From a virus (lineage: Duplodnaviria > Caudoviricetes): a stretch of DNA of 64,000 bases. Where the stretch lies: the IMG/VR virus record IMGVR_UViG_3300005805_000084, positions 2,120 to 66,119 of that record, one strand, 5' to 3'. The notes beneath the pieces were generated by a model. That model did no database searches. It was not told where the DNA came from and saw only the letters and a list, made by a program, of their open reading frames with translations. The position numbers and the translations under genes are program-made. Numbering within the stretch: the first letter of the stretch is position 1; every line of letters begins with the position of its first letter. Shown in pieces: positions 1-6,966 of this stretch.

Positions 1-117
1 GGCGAGTACATCGAGGTGGAGGACAAGAATGGAAGGATCGGCTTCAACTCAGAGGAATGGCCGCATCTTAGAGACGCCATTGAGATGGCACTCAAGCAGA
101 CCATAAATCGGCAATGA
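1..117 (+). CDS. 3' end of a hypothetical protein (partial; ...GEYIEVEDKNGRIGFNSEEWPHLRDAIEMALKQTINRQ*)
   Basis: Open frame from base 1 ending in a TGA that overlaps the next ATG (ATGA at 114-117). Confidence 0.7.
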   Translation, partial: GEYIEVEDKNGRIGFNSEEWPHLRDAIEMALKQTINRQ

Positions 118-428
118 ACGATACACAGCCCCAGTGTAGCGAGCAGCGCAGTGACACCCCCAGAACCGACTCATGGACTTGGGATGGATCCTCGCCGCCA
201 ATGGAAGACTTCGAGAGGTTCGCAAAGAAGCTGGAACGGGAACTGAACACCGCCGGACAGCACATCCAATCCCTAAGGGACCAGCTCCAGAAGTCCCAGA
301 TCACCAACAGGGTCCTGCTCACGCTCTGTGAGGAGGCTCAGACGCTGGTGCTGAAGAGTCCGAACGAGGCCTTGATCCGACGCTGGTTCGCGGACCTCAG
401 AGCGGCCCAGAGGGAGATCAACGCCTAG
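114..428 (+). CDS. Hypothetical phage protein (TPRTD...LERELN type, coiled coil)
   Basis: ATGA-coupled start, phage-like codon usage. Confidence 0.75.
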   Translation: MNDTQPQCSEQRSDTPRTDSWTWDGSSPPMEDFERFAKKLERELNTAGQHIQSLRDQLQKSQITNRVLLTLCEEAQTLVLKSPNEALIRRWFADLRAAQREINA

Positions 429-485
429 CCGGAGCACTACTTTGGATCGACAAGCCAGCCCCAAGAGGCTGACCTGTAGGACACC

Positions 486-827
486 ATGAACGAATCACAT
501 CAGCGCAACTCCCCAAGAACCGCAGACACCGTCTCCAGAATCGCTGGGGAGCTGTTGCCAGGAGAGAAGATCAACCGGCCGGAGGAGCTGGTGGTGCTCT
601 GCAGATCCCTGGAACGCGAACTGGGCGAGCTCAAGGAGGAAGCGGTCAAGCGCCACGAGTTCGAGGAGCTCTCCAAGAGCCTGCAATGGGAACTGGATCA
701 GTCCAGAAACCGCATCAACACCCTGGAGCTCTACATCAAACGCCTCGAGGACAACGAGGACAACCTGCTCAGGGAGCTCTTCTCCCAGAGCGAGAACATC
801 AGGGCCATCCGCAACACCAGACCATGA
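486..827 (+). CDS. Hypothetical coiled-coil protein (SPRT...LERELG)
   Basis: ORF preceded by acacc leader; stop overlaps next ATG. Confidence 0.75.
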   Translation: MNESHQRNSPRTADTVSRIAGELLPGEKINRPEELVVLCRSLERELGELKEEAVKRHEFEELSKSLQWELDQSRNRINTLELYIKRLEDNEDNLLRELFSQSENIRAIRNTRP

Positions 828-1033
828 CGGTCTGCGACCACACCATCACCAGAGTCTTCCTCTTCCAAGGAGCCAGAGGAACGGAATGGTGTCCGGTCTG
901 CGGAGCCATCCGAGTGATCCGTTTCACCAACCCAGAAGCCGGAAGCACCAAGCTGGCTCTGGAATGGGAGATCCCGCAGGTCTCCAACCTCACCTTCTCC
1001 GATGACATCGAGGGAAAGGAGGTGGACACATGA
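824..1033 (+). CDS. Small Cys/His protein (CDH...CPVC), possible Zn-binding
   Basis: ATG at 824 overlaps upstream TGA; the ORF track start at 686 is probably too long. Confidence 0.65.
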   Translation: MTVCDHTITRVFLFQGARGTEWCPVCGAIRVIRFTNPEAGSTKLALEWEIPQVSNLTFSDDIEGKEVDT

Positions 1034-1062
1034 AAAAGAAGAAGAAGGGTTCCAAGAAGTAA
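1030..1062 (+). CDS. 10-aa polylysine mini-ORF MKKKKKGSKK
   Basis: ATGA overlap with upstream stop; ends just before terminator. Confidence 0.35.
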   Translation: MKKKKKGSKK

Positions 1063-1068
1063 GCGCCA

Positions 1069-1102
1069 AGGCCCCTGGGAGACTCCTGGGGGCCTTTTTA
1101 TT
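1069..1102 (+). terminator. Rho-independent terminator between convergent genes
   Basis: 12-bp stem aggcccctggga/tcctgggggcct followed by a T run. Confidence 0.8.
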
Positions 1103-1346
1103 CCCTGACCCTCCTGTACCCCTGCTGCCACACCAAAGAGGCCAGAAACGCCGCACAGGCCTCCACCTTCTCCTCCTCCCATTCCGGCTCCATCAGATGC
1201 AGCAGCTCATGGATCAGGGTATCCAGCCGCTCCTGCTCCCCCTGCCTGGGATCGATCTCCACCACGTTCTCCCCATGCCAGGCCAAGCCATAGGCATTCT
1301 CCCGCCCCAGCTTCTTCTCCACCACCTTGACCTTCTTGGGCAGCAC
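1098..1346 (-). CDS. Small HExxH zinc metallopeptidase-like protein (ImmA/IrrE N-domain-like)
   Basis: EIDPRQGEQERLDTLIHELLHL motif. Confidence 0.65.
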   Translation of the reverse strand: MLPKKVKVVEKKLGRENAYGLAWHGENVVEIDPRQGEQERLDTLIHELLHLMEPEWEEEKVEACAAFLASLVWQQGYRRVRE

Positions 1347-1879
1347 GTGCAGACCCTCCCATTCCGCCCATCCCCTTCAACACTGAGTCACAACCGCCAT
1401 ACACCCCTACCATTCCTACTATTCTACTATTCTGTGTAACAGGACTAAGGCTTGACAGGGGTACCCAGAAACCCCTTATGTATCCCCCAGCTGCTCCTGC
1501 TGAATACGTGAGTGGCCTATGGTTAGCAATGAGTCTGCCCTAGCAGACTCAGGAGGTGCCCCCTAGCCCAATAAGCCGTATCGTGAGCGGTGATAGGTGA
1601 ATCCCCTAACCGTCCACCCGAATCTGGGAATGGTGGTGGTGGAAGGAAGCCCTAGCACACTGTGGAATTCCAAGGGGGTTGAGGGGGTGCCTCGGTGGAA
1701 TATCCAGAGAGTTGAGAAGGGGGGTACCCTATATCCCATACGCTTACCCACCCGAACCCCGCTCTACCCCCCCGCACGCGCATGTACGCGCGCATACGCA
1801 CGCGGATAAGATCGCGCACGCGGACTATCTAAGGGAAACGCCTATGTCACCCTCCGGAACCTTGGGGAGTCCCAGTATC

Positions 1880-2400
1880 CGCCGCCAAGTCGACTGTAGA
1901 GTGTCGGGGGAGAGCCCCGAACGCTGGTCCGGTAAAGGATCGGCTGCTGGGCAACGAGGAGTTTGCCCCGCGTGTTCGTGTTGAGCGGCACGCGTAACCG
2001 AAGCGGTCCGTTGAAACCGTCCAGTGCTGGGGGCGTGCCCCTTGTTCACTCGGCCGAAAGCGAAGCGGATGTCCAGCGGAGTGAAGGTGGAGCCGTACCT
2101 GCGAAGGCTTTTGACGTCGCGTGCTCGTTTGAACCGAGGGCAGTCTGGGGAATTCGCCCCAGCATAGGACCAGCCAAAGGTCATTCGTTCTACCGCACCA
2201 AGGGTTGGCAACCTTGGTCCGGCACTGGTGCTGGAACCTTAATCCAGCGTCACGAAGCAAGTCGTCAGGGACAGGGCCAAGGTCTTCGGATCGGCGTCAC
2301 TGCCAGCCTGTCTAGGTGCTACGCGCCTAGGCTAGTCCCGAGACTTGTGGAGTGGACGGATTCCCCAAGGGCGTTTCCTTGGTGCATCCGCAACACTACA
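1880..2400 (+). ncRNA. Candidate long structured non-coding RNA / early leader
   Basis: No convincing ORF; dense hairpins including C(UUCG)G at 2281-2292 and CCU(GCGA)AGG. Confidence 0.4.
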
Positions 2401-2411
2401 CAAGCATTACC

Positions 2412-2795
2412 ATGAACCTCGAAGTCTCCACCGTCACTGTCGCCAACAAGCCCATTCGTTTCGGATCGAACAAGGCCGGATGCGGCCTCGTTATCGTCAC
2501 CCAGAAGAAGCTTGGCGAGATCACAGGCCTCAAGGGGGCCGCCCTCAAGCGCGCCCACTTTGAGTACCGCCTCGAGGCCGGAAAGGCCTTGAATGCCGGT
2601 CTATCGGCCGGAATGGCATCCGGCGAAATTATCACCAAGAGCGTGGTGCCCACCAAGGGCGGTGGGATTCGTGCGGTCTTCGATCGCGTGGAGTCCCTGA
2701 AGTCTCCCGCAGAGTCGGTGTCCGCCAAGGACAAAGAGATCGCGAGGCTCCAAGCGGAACTCGCCGCACTGCGCGCCACTCAGGCCGCCAAGTGA
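2412..2795 (+). CDS. Hypothetical early protein (MNLEVSTVTV...), C-terminal coiled coil
   Basis: AC-rich leader, strong C/G-ending codon bias. Confidence 0.8.
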   Translation: MNLEVSTVTVANKPIRFGSNKAGCGLVIVTQKKLGEITGLKGAALKRAHFEYRLEAGKALNAGLSAGMASGEIITKSVVPTKGGGIRAVFDRVESLKSPAESVSAKDKEIARLQAELAALRATQAAK

Positions 2796-2822
2796 GCCAA
2801 CAAGAGCCCCGAGTCTCGGGGC

Positions 2823-2883
2823 TTCCTTGTCTCCCCCTATGGCTGGGGGACTGATGAAGGCCCAGCAAGGCCGAAACAAGGAA
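2823..2883 (+). ncRNA. Type III hammerhead ribozyme, predicted cleavage after C2831 (GUC)
   Basis: Stem III ttccttgt/acaaggaa, GUC, stem I tccccc/ggggga, CUGAUGA core, stem II ggcc/ggcc, GAAA; one extra A after the CUGAUGA core. Confidence 0.85.
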
Positions 2884-2891
2884 CACCAGTA

Positions 2892-3296
2892 ATGAATCTC
2901 GGAACACGCAACACGATCAGGTCCAAACTGTCCGCCTGTGCGGCACTCCGCCTCTTGGCGGATGGTGGGTATGGGGACAACAGGTGGCTGGAAACGGCCA
3001 AGGTGCTGGAGACTGAGGCCCACGCCTTGTGGCGCGAGGCTGGCCTCGAGGACTGCCCGACTTGGGAGTTGCTCATCCTGTTGGATGAGCCGCTCTCCAT
3101 TCTCAGGGAGAGACAGCGCGCCTTGAACGTTCTAGTCTCGGACGTAATGGGCCACGCTAGGCCCGAGAAGTACCCAGTGGAATACGTGGAGCGAGAGCTC
3201 TATGGAACGAGCCTAATCGCAACCACCGAAAGGTGGGCGGAGATCAAGGCCCTCGCGGCCGAGGTGCGCGAGCTCGAGGCGGAGCTGGAGGCCTGA
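2892..3296 (+). CDS. Hypothetical early protein
   Basis: 134-aa ORF directly after the ribozyme. Confidence 0.7.
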   Translation: MNLGTRNTIRSKLSACAALRLLADGGYGDNRWLETAKVLETEAHALWREAGLEDCPTWELLILLDEPLSILRERQRALNVLVSDVMGHARPEKYPVEYVERELYGTSLIATTERWAEIKALAAEVRELEAELEA

Positions 3297-3302
3297 TTAC
3301 CA

Positions 3303-3352
3303 CTCCGAAGCCTTCTCCTCAGGGGGAGGCTTCTGGGAGGCGATCATGCCTC
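3303..3352 (+). repeat. Structured intergenic motif copy 1 (CTCCG-11 bp stem-CTGGGAGGCGATCATGCCTC)
   Basis: Flanks identical to copy 2; stem sequence differs but pairing is preserved. Confidence 0.8.
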
Positions 3353-3368
3353 GTTCAACACCACACAC

Positions 3369-3659
3369 ATGAGAACTGCAAACACCACCAAGGCCGTCAG
3401 CGTACCCACCGAGTCCTCCTACGAGGGACACCCCACTCTGGTGCTTCCGAATCCCGACGATCCCACCAAGCCAGGGATCTCCTTCGGAGCGAGGAAGCTC
3501 CGAGCGGTTCTGGCCCACCTCGCCGAGGTGAAGGCCTTCGTCGCCAAGGCTCAGGCCGCGCCCAAGGTCCCCAATGGGGACGTCAATGCGGTGATCGCGT
3601 CCCTGAGGTCCTCCGGCAAGTCCGCCGAGGAGATTCTGGCCACCCTGCTCTCGAAGTGA
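3369..3659 (+). CDS. Hypothetical early protein
   Basis: acacacac leader, typical codon usage. Confidence 0.75.
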   Translation: MRTANTTKAVSVPTESSYEGHPTLVLPNPDDPTKPGISFGARKLRAVLAHLAEVKAFVAKAQAAPKVPNGDVNAVIASLRSSGKSAEEILATLLSK

Positions 3660-3665
3660 TCTTCG

Positions 3666-3716
3666 CTCCGACTCCATCCCTGAAAGGGGGTGGGGTCTGG
3701 GAGGCGATCATGCCTC
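3666..3716 (+). repeat. Structured intergenic motif copy 2 (GAAA-capped stem)
   Basis: See copy 1. Confidence 0.8.
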
Positions 3717-3733
3717 AAACAACACACACCAGT

Positions 3734-4081
3734 ATGAACTACGCAGCACTTCTGTCGGTGCTTATCAGCATCGAATCCAATGGGAATGACCATGCCATCG
3801 GAGATGGCGGAGCGGCCCGTGGGCCATTGCAAATCCACAAGGCCGTGGTCTCCGATGTGAATCGGATCAGCGGGAAGCGGTTCGATTGGGTCCGAATGAC
3901 CAATCGGGCCGAGGCTCGGGAGGTGGCCACCATTTACCTGAAGCACTACGCCACGCCTCAGCGACTTGGGCGTGCCGTTACCCCTCAGGACGCGGCAAGG
4001 ATCTGGAATGGCGGGCCGATGGGCTACAAGTCCAAGGCCACCCTGCCCTATCTGCAGAAGTTCAACGCCAAGCTCAAGTAA
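3734..4081 (+). CDS. Lysozyme-superfamily muramidase (destabilase/i-type or SLT-like)
   Basis: IESNGNDHAIGDGGAARGPLQI and WNGGP motifs; possible alternative start at 3710. Confidence 0.75.
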   Translation: MNYAALLSVLISIESNGNDHAIGDGGAARGPLQIHKAVVSDVNRISGKRFDWVRMTNRAEAREVATIYLKHYATPQRLGRAVTPQDAARIWNGGPMGYKSKATLPYLQKFNAKLK

Positions 4082-4084
4082 CCC

Positions 4085-4267
4085 ATGAACAAGTACCTGT
4101 GTTTCTATCGCGGCAAGACCCTCCAAGTGGAGGCGGAAACCTCCTACGAGGCTTCTAGGAAGGCCGCCAAGATCTTCAAGGCCAAGCGGCCTTGGGATGT
4201 CTCCGTGATCCTTGGCGAGAATGCCAAGGGTTCCGTCACCCACTCACCCCAAAGCATCACACCATGA
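4085..4267 (+). CDS. Hypothetical protein
   Basis: Tightly packed 60-aa ORF. Confidence 0.7.
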   Translation: MNKYLCFYRGKTLQVEAETSYEASRKAAKIFKAKRPWDVSVILGENAKGSVTHSPQSITP

Positions 4268-4341
4268 TCGAAACCATCGGTCGAATCCTTGTCCTGATCG
4301 TCATAGCCGCCGCCTTCTGGTTGGCTTGGGTGATCTTCTGA
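4264..4341 (+). CDS. 25-aa single-TM peptide (MIETIGRILVLIVIAAAFWLAWVIF)
   Basis: ATGA coupling, hydrophobic; below the ORF track cut-off. Confidence 0.55.
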   Translation: MIETIGRILVLIVIAAAFWLAWVIF

Positions 4342-4369
4342 TAGCAACCATAACACAACCACTAGAACT

Positions 4370-4750
4370 ATGCGTAAAGTCACAAGAGGAGTCTGCATCG
4401 CCTTCCTAGAAGGCCTCCCAGCGCGGGTGGATAACACCGACACCGATGGGGTAACCCTTCGGCTGCACCGCAACGCCATCGCCCAGTGGCGTATGGACGG
4501 GCTTTGGATCACCACCGCTGGGTGGGACACCCGAACCACCTTGGAGCGCCTCAACGGCCTGATGCTGCTCTGCCAGTTGAAGAATCCAATCCCCGCCAGC
4601 TCGAGGACTCCATCCATCTGGATGAATCGGGGCAAGCTCATGCTTGGTTCCGAGCCTTGGGATGGCGGCTGGACCCGCATCGAGGTCAATGTGGAACGTA
4701 GCCTGAAGCACCTCGCCCTGATCGCGAGCCAGCAGAAGGAGGCCGCATGA
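4370..4750 (+). CDS. Hypothetical protein
   Basis: ORF in packed operon. Confidence 0.7.
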   Translation: MRKVTRGVCIAFLEGLPARVDNTDTDGVTLRLHRNAIAQWRMDGLWITTAGWDTRTTLERLNGLMLLCQLKNPIPASSRTPSIWMNRGKLMLGSEPWDGGWTRIEVNVERSLKHLALIASQQKEAA

Positions 4751-4917
4751 AGATCACCGGACACTGGTTGCCATTCTCGAAGTGCGAGCTTCTGGAGCTT
4801 CTGGAAGCTGCCCGCCTAGCCCTCAGGGACGACAAGACCGCCGAGGAGCTGGACCTGAGCGACGAATACCTCAAGGAGCTGGCCGAGCGGCTCCACCAAT
4901 ACCTGAGAGAGCCATGA
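4747..4917 (+). CDS. 56-aa hypothetical protein (MKITGHWLPFSK...)
   Basis: ATGA overlaps at both ends; not in ORF track. Confidence 0.6.
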   Translation: MKITGHWLPFSKCELLELLEAARLALRDDKTAEELDLSDEYLKELAERLHQYLREP

Positions 4918-5285
4918 ACAAACCAATACATCGACGAGCCATGAAGAAAATCAAACCACTGTCCAAACGGACACTAGCAGAAGGCAAGAGGATCTATCTG
5001 GACCAACAGCTTGCCACGTGGAAGGCAACAGGCGTCCACCCTTCCGTTCAGCACGCCAAGGAACTGTTCCCAGACTTGGGCGCAATGATCCTTTATGAGA
5101 AGGGGCGGACCCCAAAGCACCGGACAGTTCAAGGTGGCAGGTGTTGGCGTTACACGTTGCTGCCTGACGGGAAATGGGCGTGCTATGAGCAAGCCCACCA
5201 TCGCCAGCCGCGCAATGGAAGGCGTCCAGTGCTTGTTGGATGGAGCAAGGTCACAAATCAACCGCTGTTCCTCTGGAATCTATGA
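4914..5285 (+). CDS. Hypothetical protein, paralog A
   Basis: Aligns by eye over about 95 aa with 5282-5614. Confidence 0.75.
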   Translation: MNKPIHRRAMKKIKPLSKRTLAEGKRIYLDQQLATWKATGVHPSVQHAKELFPDLGAMILYEKGRTPKHRTVQGGRCWRYTLLPDGKWACYEQAHHRQPRNGRRPVLVGWSKVTNQPLFLWNL

Positions 5286-5614
5286 GCCGATGGAACCCAG
5301 CCAAGTTGAAGCAGAAGAACACCGAGCTTGCCCTCTGGAAGCTCGGATGCGAGCACCCCGCCATCGAGCGGGCCAAGGCGTTGTTTCCGGACGTTGCTAC
5401 AATCATGTTGTACGAACGTGGCCGGACACCCAAACGCAGGACCATCGAGTCCGGTCGTCGCTGGCGATACCAGAAACTCACCACTGGAGAGTGGGTAAAG
5501 GTCGAGCAGAAGCACTATCGGCAACCGTTGAACTGCAAGCGTCCGGTCCTGATAGGTTGGCGAGAGGGAGCCAATAAGATCGGCTCGCTTGCCACTTTCA
5601 TCTGGAACTTGTGA
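5282..5614 (+). CDS. Hypothetical protein, paralog B
   Basis: LFPD...LYE.GRTPK.RT..SGR.WRY...RQP.N..RPVL.GW...F.WNL shared with paralog A. Confidence 0.75.
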   Translation: MSRWNPAKLKQKNTELALWKLGCEHPAIERAKALFPDVATIMLYERGRTPKRRTIESGRRWRYQKLTTGEWVKVEQKHYRQPLNCKRPVLIGWREGANKIGSLATFIWNL

Positions 5615-5620
5615 CATACT

Positions 5621-5635
5621 AGGTGTAATACACCT
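5621..5635. promoter_or_regulatory. Palindromic operator GGTGT-N3-ACACC (site 1)
   Basis: aggtgtaatacacct, intergenic. Confidence 0.8.
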
Positions 5636-5643
5636 TCAGTCCC

Positions 5644-5868
5644 ATGACATCCACACTGACATTCAACCTGCCAGACGATGCCGCCGAGCACCATGCGGCG
5701 ATCCACGGCATGGCCTACCGCCTCGCGCTGTCCGAGATCCGTGAGCAGATCCGACAGAAGCTGAAGTACGGGCACCACTTCCAGTCCCCTGAACTGGCAC
5801 TTGAGTGGGCGCACAAGATGGTCATCGACGTCTGCCAAGACGCTCTGAACCCAGACGAGGTTCCCTGA
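5644..5868 (+). CDS. Hypothetical protein
   Basis: 74-aa ORF after operator. Confidence 0.7.
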   Translation: MTSTLTFNLPDDAAEHHAAIHGMAYRLALSEIREQIRQKLKYGHHFQSPELALEWAHKMVIDVCQDALNPDEVP

Positions 5869-5952
5869 ATCACCGGCCGAGGGTGTCCTCGGCTGTTCAT
5901 GCCTGTCTCCGACGAGTGTCGGCGGCAGGTTTGAGCATTCAAACCAAACACT

Positions 5953-5967
5953 AGGTGTAAAACACCC
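5953..5967. promoter_or_regulatory. Palindromic operator (site 2)
   Basis: aggtgtaaaacaccc, 9 nt before the ATPase ATG. Confidence 0.8.
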
Positions 5968-5976
5968 ATCAGTACC

Positions 5977-6966
5977 ATGAAGTCATCAGAAATCATCAAG
6001 CGCATCGCAACCCTCATGCGTCACCGCAAGCCCTTCCTCCTTACGGGGTCTCCTGGGCTGGGCAAGACCGACTGCATCGTCGAGGCCGCCAAGCAGGCTG
6101 GTCTGCGATGCATCATCAGCCATCCTGTCGTGTCCGACCCGACCGACTACAAGGGCATGCCCGCAATCGTCGACGGCAACGCCCACTTCCTTCCCTTCGG
6201 CGACCTCAACCAACTCATCGAGGCGGACAAGCCCACGCTCTTCTTCCTCGACGACATCGGTCAGGCTCCGACATCGGTTCAGGCCGCACTCATGCAGCTG
6301 ATCCTCTGCCGCAAGGTCAACGGCCACGCCATCAGCGAGCACGTCACCTTCGCGGCTGCCACCAACCGCCGATCGGACAAGGCCGGTGTCGGCACGTTCA
6401 TCACGCCACTGCTCGACCGCTTCGACCAGATCTACGAGCTGGAGTTCGACTCCAGCGACTGGGTCGGCTGGGCCTTGCAGAATGGTCAGCCCGAGCCGCT
6501 CATCGGCTTCGCTCGCTGGCGTCCCTCGCTCATCAGCGACTTCAAGCAGCCCAAGGACGACCTGTCCAAGTGCCCCACGCCTCGGTCGGTTGCCAAGCTG
6601 GGCGACCTCATCAACATCGGACTCGACGACTTCGACACCTACAAGTCGGCGTGCGGCGAGGGGTTCGCCACCGAGTTCGCGGCCTTCCGCAAGACCCGCG
6701 ACCACATGCCGGACATCGACGGCGTGCTCAAGGATCCGGACGGCAGCGACCTGCCCACCCGTCCCGATGTCCTCTACGCCACCGCTGCAGCGCTGGCCTT
6801 CCGCGTCACCGCAGGCAACTTCGGCAACGTCCTGAAGTACTCCGAGCGGATGTCCCCTGAGTTTCGGGTGATGCTGGTCCGCGACTGCATCGCCAAGTCC
6901 AAGTCGCTGGAATCCTCTCCGGCCCTCACCAAGTGGCTCATCAACAACCAATCAGTAATCCTGTGA
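5977..6966 (+). CDS. AAA+ ATPase (MoxR/AAA_5-like)
   Basis: Walker A GSPGLGKT, Walker B LFFLDD, AAATN sensor region. Confidence 0.9.
   Translation: MKSSEIIKRIATLMRHRKPFLLTGSPGLGKTDCIVEAAKQAGLRCIISHPVVSDPTDYKGMPAIVDGNAHFLPFGDLNQLIEADKPTLFFLDDIGQAPTSVQAALMQLILCRKVNGHAISEHVTFAAATNRRSDKAGVGTFITPLLDRFDQIYELEFDSSDWVGWALQNGQPEPLIGFARWRPSLISDFKQPKDDLSKCPTPRSVAKLGDLINIGLDDFDTYKSACGEGFATEFAAFRKTRDHMPDIDGVLKDPDGSDLPTRPDVLYATAAALAFRVTAGNFGNVLKYSERMSPEFRVMLVRDCIAKSKSLESSPALTKWLINNQSVIL

Noticed and set aside
2090-2112. GAGCCGTA...GCGA resembles group II intron domain V
   Set aside because: Lacks the lower-stem partner and the AC bulge; no domain VI or RT gene
2279-2293. AAGGTCTTCGGATCG resembles a 16S rRNA helix
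   Set aside because: Only a 15-nt generic UUCG hairpin; no rRNA context
1963-2415. 150-aa ORF (and overlapping ORFs at 1563-2260)
   Set aside because: No codon bias or recognisable motif, mutually overlapping, and coincident with dense RNA hairpins
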